A model generated the notes under the pieces. The model ran no database searches and was not told the origin of the DNA. It saw nothing but the letters and a program-made list of their open reading frames with translations. Both the position numbers and the translations under genes were made by a program. DNA of 64,000 nt, from the NCBI RefSeq assembly GCF_009914755.1, contig NC_060925.1. One strand, given 5' to 3'. This document shows, in pieces, positions 42,679 to 58,936 of this stretch (within the stretch, counting starts at the first letter, position 1; every line of letters begins with the position of its first letter). This DNA comes from the human T2T-CHM13v2.0 reference genome, Homo sapiens.

Positions 42679-44011
42679 TTAATTGATTTTCCAGCTTTAT
42701 TGAGGAATAACTGGCAAAACTTGTATATATTTAAGATATGCAATGTGATGACTTCATATATCAAACATTGTGAAATGATTACTATAATCAACCTAACTGA
42801 CACAGCCATCACCTCACATAGTTGCCTTTGTTTTTTTGTGGTGAGAATATTTATGATCTACTCCTTTTACAAATTTCAAAAATACAATATATGCCATTAT
42901 AGTCACCATCCTGTATATTAGATCCCCAGAACATATTCATCTTAAAATTGTAAGTGTGTACCCTTTAATCAACATCTTCCAATTTCCAACCCGCTTCCCA
43001 AAATCTCCTGGCAACTACCATCTTACTCTCTGCTTCTACAAGTTCAATTCTTTTAAATTCCACAAAGAAGTCAGATCATACAATACAGTAGTACTTGTCT
43101 TTCTATGTCTGGCTTATTTCACTTAGCATAATGTCTTCTAGGTTCATCCATGTTGCCCCAAATGTCAGGATTTCCTTCTTTTATGGCAGAATAATATTCC
43201 ATGTGTAGGCATACATACCACATTTTCTTTTTTTATTCATTCATCAATGGACACTTAGGTTGTTTTTCTATATTGGCTATTGTGAATAATACTGCAGTCA
43301 ACATGGGAGTGCAGGTATCTCTTTAAAAATGGTCAAATGACTCGAATAGAGATTCTTCCAAAGAAGATTCACAAAGAGCCAAAAAGTATATGAAGAGGTG
43401 CTCAATAGTTCCAATCACCAGGGGAATGCAATCAAAGTCACAATGAGCTATCACCCCACACCAATTTGGATGGCTAGTATCAAAAAGTCAAGGGACAACA
43501 AGTATTGGTGAAGGTGTGGAGAAAAGGGAATCCTCATACACTATTGGCAGTAATATAAACTGGTATAGCTATTATTGAAAACAGTATGTGCCAGGCACAG
43601 TGGCTCACACTTGTAATCCCAACAATTTGAGAGGCCAGGGTGGGCGGATTGCTTGAGCCCAGTAGTTTGAGACCAGCCTGGGCAACATGGCAAAACCCCA
43701 TCTCTACAAAAAACATAGAAAAAAACTTAGCTGGGCATGGTGGAATATGCCTGTAGTCCCAGCTACTTGGGAGGCTGAGGTGGGAGGATCACTTGAGCCC
43801 AGGAAGTTGAGGCTTCAGCGAGCCATGATCATGCCACTCACTGCACTCCTGCCTGGGCAACAGAGTGAGAAACTGTCTTTAAAAAAAAAAAAAAAAAGGA
43901 AAGAAAATGAAAAAGAAAACACAGTATAAAAGTTTCTCAAAAAATTAAAAATAGGTTACCGTATGATCCAGCAATTTTATTTCTGGGTGTATATCAAAAG
44001 AGAATGAAATC
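42679..44011 (-). mobile_element. L1MA8/9-like copy with 5' inversion (3' part minus 42679-43324; inverted part plus 43325-44011), containing an AluJ
   Basis: Orientation switch at 43324/43325; 13-bp TSD atttactgaattt (42666-78 / 44012-24). Confidence 0.85.
43589..43915 (+). mobile_element. AluJ
   Basis: ggattgcttgagccc, gcctgggcaacatgg and ggaggatcacttgagcccagg. Confidence 0.9.
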
Positions 44012-44899
44012 ATTTACTGAATTTAAAAAAGAAGTTAAATACTTATGCAAGGTAATCAAAATGACACAAAGTCTACAATAAAATATTCTAACGATGAACA
44101 ATGTTGTTTACCAGAAATGCAATTAATTTGTATTCTAAATGTAAATATAAATATTAACACAATGAAATGTAAATGCCAATATAGCCCATTATACATACTC
44201 TGAGTGTCTAACTAAACATATGAAAACATACCAAAGATATATTTACAATTAGATACAGATCAGGTGTTCTGTCAGACATATTTCACATTTAAAATTTCTG
44301 GGGAATGTCTTTAATAATGTTTAAATATTTAAAATCCTTTGAAAAGAGAGTTTAGGTATTAAATCAACTTAATACAGACTTACAGATTAATATTACTCCT
44401 AGTAATTATATATTAGATGTTCTGAATATACTTATTAATAATTCATTTAATAACAACTTAAGGTTCAGTTTTTCTGTCACAGTTTAAGATTAATAAAGAA
44501 ACAAAAAATAAATGATAAACACAGAAGCTATGTGTTATTTCTATTTAAGAACAAACTTGTGGTGGCATATAATGTAGAAAATGCATGTAGATATTTAATT
44601 TTGGCATTTTGAATATTCTTCCCAATTTTATTTAATCTGAATGAGATATATATTATAATTATAGCAAATGTTTGATCTAACTTTTATATAGAATTCTATA
44701 ATTAATAAAATGCAATTCAGACATAAACTCCTATCATTGACTTTTGGAATTATGAAAAAATAATTCCAACTTTTATCTATAAAAATTATATCTTATATCT
44801 ATGAAAGTTGCTAGAAAAGTTAAGAAAATGTAAAAAGAAGAACACAGGTCAATAATATATGAGAAAATGTAATAAAGGTTAATAATATGTATTAGCACA

Positions 44900-46610
44900 C
44901 GTAATAAAAATCAGTAATTTAAACAGTATGGTTATGTTACAAGAAGAAACTGTAAGACCAATGGAGCAAAACAGCAGGGCAATGATTGCGGCATCATTTT
45001 TGTGGGCATTCATTCATGTTTGAATCTGATATATAGTTAGGCTATAATATTAAATTAATGGGGAAATATGAGTTATTCATCAATTGACATAGGATAATTG
45101 ATAATTTAGTGAAAAACAAAGTTAAATCATGATGATTTGCTATATACCAAAATAAACTCTAGATATATTAAAAACATATAGATAAAACAGAAGAAGTAGA
45201 AGAAAACATATGTTAACACATGCCTCAACTTTAAATGTTGGAAAACTTTTAAGTATAAAAACAGTGACAATAAATGAATAAATAAATGACTTAATAAATA
45301 AGTAAAGGAACAAATTAATGAGTAAAAGAAAAATAGACTAAATAAAAATTCAAAATAGAGCTAGCATGGATTAATGTTCTTGATATATTGGGAGAAAAGG
45401 ATTAACGGCTGAGTTGTGGCCTTTCCTCTAGCCCTGGGGTAGCCAAATTTTATTTGTAAAGAGCCATTTAGCAAATACTTACTCTTTGTGGATCTGTCTG
45501 TCACATCTACTCTGCAACTGTAACATGAAATCTGCCATAGACAATATAAACCAATGGGTATGGCTATGTTCCAGTAAGGCTTTATTTTCAAAACTAGGCT
45601 GGTGGCCAAATTTGGCCTGTGCACCTTGGTTTGCTGACCCCTGCTCTAGCCTCAGAGATGTGAAAGACTTGACTTTTGGCCTAATCCTCCTTGGCCTAAT
45701 CCTCCTTGCAACAATAACTCAAAAAGTTAATACCTGATCCAAGATAAATCAGAGTCCTGCTGAGGTTACACTCTACTCACTGGATACCTATACGTTGTTG
45801 AGTTTGATTATTAAGTAATCTATAACTAAGGAGATACAGTTACATCAGAAAATTAAAGCTAGATTCCTAACCCTGAGGGGAGTCATGGGCTAGCAAGGTA
45901 ACAAAGAGTAAATAGATCCCAGAGCCGATGGTTTCCCTAAACTGACAGACTACATCAATCAGTCCCTTTCCTAGTGACCATGGAAGTCTATGGTGCAGAA
46001 TCATCTGGGGACACTGAAAGTGGTGCCAGAGCCACATCACTTTCACTTTATTAATACTGTACCTGCTGTAACAGATTCATCTCAGATCCTTTTTAAAGAC
46101 AAATAAACTTGATGCTACATTTCTGGGTTGGACTATCAATCAAAATCCAAAAATAACTGCTGCTGGGAAGAGTAAAATATATGTGTGATTATAAAATGTG
46201 TTCAAAACCAATGAGAAAAAGATGACCCCTTTAGTAGAAAATGATAAAAAATATGAACAATTCACAAAGTATAAATTTATATGAAAAAACAAAGCAATGA
46301 AAAATGTTTTTACCTTGTTAGTAATCAGAGATAAAATGATCCAATTTTATACTTATCAAGTCAGAATTTAATGATAAAACTATGCACTGGTAGCAGCATA
46401 AAGAAATAAGAATCTTTGTGAACTGTTAGTAGAATTTACACTGGAAAACTTGAAAGTAATTAGGCAATAGGAAGTACCACAAAATGTACTTTTTGAACTA
46501 CAATCCCAGTTCTAGGAATTTATTTCATAAATAAGTCATAGAACGTATAAAGATATGTGCACACAGATACCATGTTTAGCATTATCGCAACAAAAATACT
46601 AAAAAAAAAA
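44900..46610 (+). mobile_element. Ancient L1ME ORF2/3' fragments (discontinuous)
   Basis: aaaacagtatggtta..., accaaaataaactctagatatattaaa and caatcccagttctaggaatttat. Confidence 0.55.
45434..45643 (+). mobile_element. MER58A (hAT-Charlie)
   Basis: Terminal ctggggtagccaaa / tttgctgacccctg; perfect 8-bp TSD ctctagcc. Confidence 0.88.
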
Positions 46611-47468
46611 CAGCTTATATGTCAACTACAGGCACACCTAGGAGATGCTGCAGGTTCAGTTCCAGACCATCACAATCAAGTGAATATTGCAATAAAGTGA
46701 ATCACACAATTATTTTTTGTTTCCCAGTGTATAAAATATATACACTATGCTGTATTAAGTGTGTAATAGCATTAGGTCTAAAAAATGTACATTCTTTAAT
46801 TTAAACATTCTTTATTGCTAAAAACTGCTAATGATCATCTGAGCCTTCTGAGAGTCAAAACCTTTCTGCTGGTGGAAAGTCTGGCTTTGATGTTGCTGGC
46901 TGCTTACTGATCAGGATGGTGGTTGCTGAAGGTTAGGGTGCCTGGCAATTTCTGTAAACAAGACAACAATGAAATTTGCTGTATCACTTGGCTCTTTATT
47001 TCACAAAAGATTTCTGTGTAACATGCAATGCTATTTGGATAGCATTTTACCCACAGTAGAACTTCAGTCAATATTGGAGTCAACATTTCAACAATGTTCA
47101 CAGCATCTTCACTAGGAGCTGATTCTATCTCAATAAACTACTTTCTTTGCTCATCCATAAGAAGCAATTCCTCATCCATCCATGTTTTATCATGAGATTG
47201 CAGGAATTAAGTCACATCTTTAGGCTTCACTTCTAATTCTAGTTATCTTGCTATTTCTAACATATCTTCAGTTACTCCCTCCACCAAAGTTTTGAACTTC
47301 ACTTGAACTCAGTGAGAGATATGCAACTCTGCCTTTCCCTTGAATACTTAGAGGCTACTGTAGGGTTATTAATTGGCCTAATTTCAAAGTCATCAATGAT
47401 TATTGGAATCAAATTCTTTGAAACTCCTGTTAATATGAAGATTCTGACCTCCTTCCATGACTGTTCTT

Positions 47469-47747
<279 letters not shown>

Positions 47748-48130
47748 CATGACTGTTCTTAATGAAACCTAGAATGGTAAATACTTCCCATTCACCACTA
47801 AATGTTTTCAACTGACTATGCTCAGATTCATTAGAGGTATCACTATAGCAGTTATAGCCTTAATGCATTTCTTAAATAATAAGACTTGAAAGTCAAAATT
47901 ACTCCATGATCCATTGGGTGCAGAATGGATATGTGTTAGAAGACATCACCACATTAATCTCCTTGTACATCTCCTTCAGAGTTGAATAACCAGGTTGATT
48001 GTCAAGAAGGAGTCAGTAGGTCTCAACCTTAGGCTTAAAATGTTCAGTAAACCATGCTGTAAATAGATGTGCTGTCATCCAAACTTCATTCTTCCAGTTA
48101 AAGAGTACAGGTAGAGTAGATTTAGCGTAA

Positions 48131-48439
<309 letters not shown>

Positions 48440-49679
48440 AATTTAGCATAATTCTTAAGGGCCCTAGGACCTTCCAAATGGTACATGAGCATTGGCTTCA
48501 ACTTAGAGTCATCAGCTGCAATTTGCCCATTACACGAGAGTTAGCATGTCTTTTGAAGTCATTCATTCACTCCTCTTGTTTAGCTGTAAAAGTCCTAGAT
48601 GGCATCTTCTTCCAATATAAGGCTGTTTTGTCTACATCGAAAATCTGTTATCTAATGTAGTTACCTTCATCAGTTCTCTTAGCTGGATCGGGATAGCTCA
48701 CTGCAGCTTCTACATCAGCACTTGCTGCTTCGCCTTGTAATTTTATGTTATGGAGATCTCTTCTTTCCTTAAATTTCATAAGCCAACTTCTGTTGGCTTC
48801 AAACTTCTCTTCTGCAGCTCCCTTACCTCTCAGCCTTTACAGAATTGGAGCACGTCAAGGCCTTGTTCCAGATCAGCCTTTGACTTAAGAGAGTGTTGTG
48901 CTGATTTGGTCTATCCAGACAACTAAAACTTTCCCTATAGCAGCAATCAGGCTGTTTTGATGTCTTATCATTTATGTGTTCAGAGGAGTGGCACTTTTAA
49001 TTTCCTTCAAGAACATTTCCTTTGTATTAACAACTTGGCTAACTGTTTGGTGCAAGAGGCCTAGATTTCAGCCCATATCGGTTTTCGAAATGCCACCTCC
49101 ACTAAGCTTAATCATTTCTAGCTTTTGATTTAAAGTGAGATGAGTTAGTCTTCCTCTCACTTGAACACTTAGAGAACACTGTTGTATTATTAATTGGTCT
49201 AATTTCTATGTTGTTATGTCTCAGGGAATAAGGAGGCCCTTGGAGAGGGAGACAGACAGAGGAACAGCCGGTTGGTAGAGCAACCAGAAGACACACAACA
49301 CGTATTGGTTAAGTTTGCTGTCTTATATGGGCATGGTTTGTGGTGCTCCAAAGCAATTACAATAACATCAAAGATCATTGGTGTAACAGATGACCCTAAC
49401 AGACATAATAGTACTAAAAAAGTTTGAAACATTGCAAGAATTATCAAAATGTGGCACAGAGACAGAAAGTGAGCACATGCTATTAAAAAGAATGACATCA
49501 ACAGACTTGCTCGAAGAAAGGTTGCCACAAACCTTCAATTTGTAAAAGAAGAAAAAATACATGTGAAGTGCAACAAAGCAAAGCACAATAAAACAAGGTA
49601 TGTTTGTGAGGTATGTTTGGAATAAGGTATTAGTCATATAAATTATGGTGAAACCAAATTCAACAGTTACTTTTCATTG

Positions 49680-49860
49680 CCTATCCAACATCCATTCCTA
49701 TATTTGTTCTTACTAATGGGATCCTGATATTATTTAGGGGGCAATGTGTCCAATTTAAAACTTGCTTTAAATTCCCTTGCAGCTGGGAGAGACCATTTGA
49801 CTTACATCTGGCTAGTGAGAAATAATCTGAGAATTTCTGGGAAACTTTTTTTCCCTAATA
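49680..49860 (+). mobile_element. Old MaLR LTR fragment (MLT1I/J-like)
   Basis: cccttgcagctgggagagaccatttgacttacatctggctagtgaga. Confidence 0.45.
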
Positions 49861-50509
49861 TAGAACTTGTATCTTCCTGCTTTTCTTCTATTTCTTTCTG
49901 CCTGAAAAATATATTTCTCAGTAGCAGCATTAAATGCTAGAAAGCAAGGTGTAATGTGTTGAAACTTTTTAAGAAAAATAATTTTTTTTTACTCTAGAAA
50001 TTTTAAATCTATAAGGATACTAAAAATATACCTACTATACATCCCTTTTGAACAATCTCTGGATGACTGGTTTTAGGAAAATAAAATATCAAACTGAGAA
50101 AAAAAAGAAATATGCCACATGGAGAGTGGCATAAAGTAATTTGAGTACTCAGAAATGAAGTACACTTCTGGAATACGAAAGACTTGTCTCCAGATGACCG
50201 ATGGAAACTGACAGAATCTTTGGAATTATGTGTAAAAAACATATACACTCATAACAAATCAGGTAAAATATAGAAAAAACTAATGATAGTTATGTATAAC
50301 AGGAAGTCAATAGAAAATGTTTAAATTGGAAAAAAGTGGAGTGTAGTCATACTCTTCGGAAGCATGAATTTACAAATCTAAACATAGTAATTGCAAGTAT
50401 AGCTTAACAAGATCAAGGAAGAAGAATGTGAAAAGACGAGGCAGGGAATTGCTGAATTTCATCAAAATATTTTTGGCATTATTTAATGTTTAACCTTGTG
50501 TACATTTTA

Positions 50510-50856
<347 letters not shown>

Positions 50857-50939
50857 TTATAAAAAGCTGAAAGACAATGTAATATGAAAAACTGATTTGT
50901 TAAAGATTACTATCTTCTATGTATAAAAGTACTCCTTAA

Positions 50940-51470
50940 AATGATAAAGGCAAATAATTCAATAGAAATGTAGTCAAAGGATGTGCACAGTTTCATAGAA
51001 GAAGAAAGAAAAATGTAAGTAATGATTTGAGAGGACGCTCAACCTTACTAATAGAAAAATGCACATGTGAACGAACCATGAGATGCCATTTTTTTTTGCA
51101 CATATTATTTGGCCAATATGACAAAAATTTTAAAAGATTGATAACATCCAGTGCTAGAGATCGGAGGTAGAGGCAGGGAGGGATGCTATCTTATATTATT
51201 TAGTGTGTGAACTGTTGTTGAGATACTTTTGGAAATTTATCTTCAGTTTCTATCAACATTGAAAATATATATACTTTTAAATGAGTAATTCCACTTATAG
51301 GAGTCTATTCTAGAGAAATTATAGTATAGGAAACAAAATATGAACATTTCACAGTGACAAAAATTGTAAAACCCAAGTGTTCATCAAAAAAGTAATGGTT
51401 AAGCAAATAATACTGTATATAATCCATACTCTGAGAATTACACAGCTATTGAAAAAGTGAGTTAATAATA
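50940..51470 (+). mobile_element. L1ME ORF2 3' fragment
   Basis: caaaggatgtgcacagtttcatagaagaaga...gtaattccacttataggagtctattctagagaaat. Confidence 0.6.
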
Positions 51471-53225
51471 CCAAAGGGTTTTCCTTTATCTGTTTTACAT
51501 TCTATTATGAGATAATAAACAGAAAAATAAAACCAAATATATTAATACAACTTTTAAATTGGAATACTAAAAATGACAAAATTCAAGCTATTCCTTAAAA
51601 GTCATGATTCCTTTGGTTATAATGTTTCATAATTGATAGCTGCATTGGCATGGATTTTTGCCTAACATAAATATTTTAAATTACCAGTTCTTCAGAAAAT
51701 TATAATCTCTACTCTCTCTCTCTCTCTGTATATGTGTGTTCATTCACACACACACATATTTAGACACACACATACAAACATTTCTAGAGAAGGATATAAT
51801 GCACTGATAGTAGATTATAAACCATCGTTGCATTGAAAGTATCTTTTTTTAGATTACTTTTACTAAAGTAGATGCATTATCTTCTCCTATGGGAGTGGAG
51901 AAGAAAGGTCTATTACATTAAAAGTTATAACAAAGTATATTATATGTCAACTTGACAACAATTGAACAAGCGTAGTGCTGGTATTGAAAGAGGAGTCTAA
52001 GGGGTATATATAACAAATCCTAGATATAAAGACTTACTGTCAATCAGTGAACTATACAGTTATTTAATATGTGGATGTATCCAGTTCTTCCCATTGCATT
52101 AAACTGTCTTATTCCTCCTTTAAAGTGGTGTTATCCATCTGAACACATATTCAATTACATTTTCCACTAAGGATGAACTGTTAAAATCAATGTCACATCA
52201 TAAACACCTGTATTTTTCTTTTTCCACTAGAGTTTAAGATTGCTACAATTCTATAAGTATTGACTGACATCATTAGATTATTAAGAATGAAGAACTTGAA
52301 GGAAAGATACCGTTTCCATGTGAGTGCTAACACAGAAAATGTATACTTAAATTCTACCTTTTTTCTTCAAGTAAGGGCTGAATCAGATTCAGGTACACAT
52401 GGCTAAAGAACTTGTTTGGATAAAATGATACATCCAGGCCAGTTTCATTAGTGATAATAAGGAAGCACTTTTATTATTATATTGGGAATCAAAGACAGCA
52501 AATTTAGTTTTTGTAATACGAGTAGCCATTAAAGAGAACAGTTAGCATTTCTGTGTTGATTGTGGATACTGAGAATAGGCCAGTTACTTTTGTACAGAGA
52601 AAGCACTCCCACCCCACCTCACCCCACCTCTGCCTTTGCCCCTAACTTCCTATGATGGAAGCTAAGATTTCAGCTCTTTTATATAACCTCTCAAGCAAAT
52701 TTATTCTCCTCCAACTTCCTAAAATATTTAACACATTTTCAGTTAAATCTAAACTCATTATATTTTATGTTTGTAGCTATATAAATATTGGTCACAACAG
52801 AACCAAATAGCAGTCTGTAATCTCATTTCTTGTACCGCTCTCTCATTTCACTCTCACCCCAACTTAAATGTTCTTTCATTTACTTGACTTTTCCCGAATC
52901 ACAGGCTGTCTTCCCACATACCATGGTAACTTCATAAAATGGCTCATAATCTGACTTTCCACAAAGTCAAAGCTATCAGATAACTGAGCAGTTTGCTCTG
53001 TTTCCGGAGAAATTCCTTCTAGCTCTTGGTTACCTGATCCCAGACTGCCCTGAAGGTATACTGCATACCTCTTAGCCTCAAATTTCCTTTGCAGTCCTAT
53101 CAGAATTTCTTTTTGGTGCAGTCCAGTGTTCACTTTCTTCATTTATTTACTCGTTTCAGATGAGCACGCTCTCCAGTTGCTTCCTGAGAAAGGGCTCATG
53201 GAAGGTAAATGTATTTATCTGCCCT

Positions 53226-53820
53226 TGCTATGGTTTGAATGGGTCCTTTCCAAAATTCAGGTGTTGCCAATGTCATAGTATTACTTATAAGTGGAAGCTG
53301 AACAATGAGAACACATGGACACAGGGAGGCGAACGACACTGACTCGGTCCTGTTGGGGCTGGTGGGGAGAACATTAGGGAAGATAGTTAACGCATGCTGG
53401 GCTTAATACCTAAGTGATGGGTTGTTAGGTGCAGCAAACCACCATGGCACACGTTTACCTATGTAACAAACCTGGACATCCTGCACATATATTCTGGACC
53501 TAAAAAAAAATTTAAAAAAAGAGATGTGGCTTTTAAGAGGTGATTAGGCCAGGAGGGCTCCTTACCCGTGAATGGGATTAAGGCTCTTATAAAAAAGGCT
53601 GAAAGAGGCTTCAAGCAGCATTGGGCTAGCTAGCTTGCCTGCCCTTCTCTCTTCTGCCATATAAGGACACAGCAAGAAGGCCCTCACCAGAGCGGATGGT
53701 GATTCCTTGATTTTGGAATTCCTAGCTACCAGAACTGTGAAAAAAAAAAATTATCTTCTTTATACATTACCCAGTCTCAGATATTCTGTTGTAGAAGCAC
53801 AAAGTGAATGAACTAAGACA
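53226..53820 (+). mobile_element. MaLR LTR, MSTC-like, split by L1PA
   Basis: tgctatggtttgaatg...caaaattcaggtgttgccaatg / aagaggtgattaggcc...aactaagaca. Confidence 0.82.
53284..53520 (+). mobile_element. L1PA (PA10-13-like) 3' end, 5'-truncated
   Basis: gaacaatgagaacacatggacacaggga...gcatgctgggcttaatacct...gcagcaaaccaccatggcacacgtttacctatgtaacaaacc; A-tail. Confidence 0.9.
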
Positions 53821-53875
53821 TGACATCTGACTGATATTTTGGTTGGTATAGAATTCAAAACTAAAAATAATTTCC

Positions 53876-54200
<325 letters not shown>

Positions 54201-55034
54201 TCAGAAGTATTGTGTTCTAACTTCCAGTGTTGCTTTTTTGGGTTTTTGCTTTCTTTATAGATGGCTTGCTTATTTTCACTCTAGAATTTTCTAGGATCTT
54301 CCTAAATCCATGTTTAGAAATCTGAAGATGGTAAATATTGGTGCGGGTCTTTCTTATTTCATTGTGCCTTTGTGGCCACCATGTTCTTCATTTCTGGGGA
54401 CATCTTCTCATTTTATATTGTTGGAAATTCCCTCCTCTTTATTCGCTCTGACTTCTCCATGTAGCACAACTGTTTTAAAGGTATGGAGCTATTAGTCACA
54501 GTCTCTATTTTTCCTGTCTTTTCTTTCCTGTTTTCAGTTCTGTCATTTTGTTCTTCTTTCTGAAAGATGTTCACAACTTTCCCTTCCAACTCTTAAAATA
54601 CATATTTACTTTGTACTGTCACAGTTTTAACTTCCAATATTTCTTCTTTGATTTGTCAATTGTAATAGCATTATATTTTTATTCATGGAGTTAGTATATT
54701 GTACTGTTTCTCTGCACTGATTATTTTTCCGCTCACTGTATTCACTCAGGTAACTATGAATTCATCTCTTATGTTAGACTATTGTGGTCTCTGTCTTTAT
54801 GTCAAGGAATTTCCTTAAGCCATCTCTTTTCTTTCTGACTACTTTTAAGGGCTTTTCTTTGTCTCCGATTTTCTGTTATTTCACTATGATGAGTGTAATG
54901 AGGAGTTTCTGTTCATTTATTCTGTTTGAGATTCATTGAGCTTCCTCAATGTATACATTAGGTCTTTCAACATTTCTGGACAGTCTCAGCTAACTTCTTT
55001 GTATTGGATCTTCCCTATTTTGTTTATTTACTAG

Positions 55035-55400
<366 letters not shown>

Positions 55401-57139
55401 TAATATTTTATTCATATTTTCTATCTCCTTTCTTCAGATCACTATTTTTCTCTTCAGCTATTTAATCAATTCATTGAATTTTTTTATTAATTTTGATTTC
55501 TAGATTTATTTGGTTCATTTTAAAATACATGTGGTCATTTTTCAGTTTCATTTTCAGGAATATAATTGCCGATCCTCTGCAAAATTCTTCAGCTAATATT
55601 GACTTGAAGCAACTACAAGGCTGCCCCCAGATAGTTTCAGATATCTGCAGTTGGCTAAGTAACTTACAATTAGTACACTCACTTTCTGTCTTCTAATATT
55701 TTGTTGGTATCCTTTACTATGTTCAATCTCCTGATATGTTTGTCATTGTGAGTTTGCATATATACTGTAGTTTTAAAAAATTGATATTGCAATATTTAAA
55801 TGAATGATATTGCAATATTGAAATGGAATAGAGATTGGGAGAATAAGTATGAAGTATGATAAAACTACTATGTTTAACAGGAAGTTAATACAATGTATTA
55901 GTTAAAGGATTTTACTACTAATGCACAACCCCAAATACCCAGATTATGTGACAATTCATAATTTTAAAGAGGCACATCATAACATTGTTATTGTCTATCC
56001 AGTGACTAATTAAAGTATAATCTTTTTAAATGCTTGTTTTTGAAATTTATAAAGTTCATGGATAACAGTTCAGTTGTGATTTACTTGTAAAATATGTAAG
56101 GATAGAATCTATTTGAGTACATTAATAAATTATTTTGGCCTTCCATTTTGCAGTTTTTAAGGGCTGAAGAGAACACTCAATTTTTCATTTGTACTATACT
56201 CCATTACGTATGAAATAACAGACGCACATTTTTGTTGTTGTTGAAAGTTGGGGCCTCCAAAACTTAATGACAGATCGTTCATAAGTTTCATGGTTCTAAT
56301 GACTGGAAAAATAATACAGAACTTAAGCCATGGAGATTATGGGTAGAGAGTATAGAATTTATATCACATAAATCAGTATAAGATGTTGGTGTTTTAAGAG
56401 ACTGTTACTCATTTCATATCCATTACTCAGATAGATCACTTTAATTTAGAATCCTTCAACTTTAATGATTCTGTAAATAATGGGAAGGTATATCACTGTT
56501 AGTGCTATCCAAATCAAATTTTATACAAATTTATGATTAATTCAGAATTTCTAAAACTCCAAAGGCATTGGGATATTTTCATTAATACCTTTAGTTTTGT
56601 TCTTATTTATTATATGGGTTTATAACTCAGTTTTTAAAACACTAGGCTACTGAAAAATCCTAGAATTGAGTAAAGTTTTCTTTTTTATATAAGCTATTTC
56701 TAAACATAAATACAGAATTTCTCTCCATAAGTTATCAACTTGTTTATTTTTCAAAGTCACTAAATAGCATTATTAAAATAGCAAGCATTAATTAATGAGT
56801 AAAAAAAGATAAATCAGAAATAGCCATGCAAATATTAAAAATAAGATGTTTTGGAGATTAGTCATCTTTGAATCATTTTATCTGTACTCTTAGGTCATAT
56901 TTCACATACTTTTTAAGAAATAAAATGCTAAAACGATTAATTTTCTTAAACATGGATATTTATTTATTGACCCATTTGAAATTAAAGATGACCAATTTCA
57001 TACATAATTGATTATAGTATTTTGGTATATCCACACAATGGAGAATTATACACCAGTGGAAACAAAGACAAAGAAATATCTTTATATTCTATTAATGAGT
57101 GACCTCCAGGATATTTATTTAAATTAAAAAAAATATGGA

Positions 57140-58350
<1,211 letters not shown>

Positions 58351-58448
58351 CTCTTGTAAGTTTAATCTGTACTTCATAAGCTTACCTCAAATTACTGTGA
58401 ACCTACAAGTGCTAAGTCAGAAGAATCATGCCTATAACTAGGTAACAC

Positions 58449-58936
58449 TGAGGTAGGAGGCAGGACTCAACTGTGGAGGCAGGGTTCAGACACCAGACCC
58501 AATTGAGACCTAGCTAAAACAGGGCCAGGGCAGAAGCAGCTTTCCACAAGACAAGACATGTCCACCAGTGTGCCATGTCAGTTTACCATTGCCATAGTAA
58601 CAGCCAAAGGTTACCGCCCCTTTCCATGGCAACAACCCAACAATCCAGGAGTTACCACCCTTTTCTTGGAAATTTCGGCATAATCTGCCACTTAATTTGG
58701 ATGTAATCAAAAGTGGGTATAAATATGACTGCAGAACTGCCTCTCAGCTGCTGCTCTGGGCACACTCTCTATGGGGTAGCCCTGCTCCACAACGAGCTGT
58801 ACCTCTGCTGCTGTGTATGCTGCCGCTTCAGTAAAAGTTGCTAACACCTCTGGCTTGCCCTTGAATTCATTCCTAGGCAAAGCCAGGAACCCTCCCGGGC
58901 TGAGCCCCAATTTGGGGGCTTGCCTGACCTGCATCA
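58449..58936 (+). mobile_element. ERV1 solo LTR (MER66-like)
   Basis: tgaggtaggaggcaggact...gggtataaata...agccccaatttgggggcttgcctgacctgcatca; TSD acac/tcac. Confidence 0.8.

Noticed and set aside
45676-45707. 15-bp tandem duplication ttggcctaatcctcc (and a 23-bp one at 55782-55827)
   Set aside because: Ordinary short slippage duplications.
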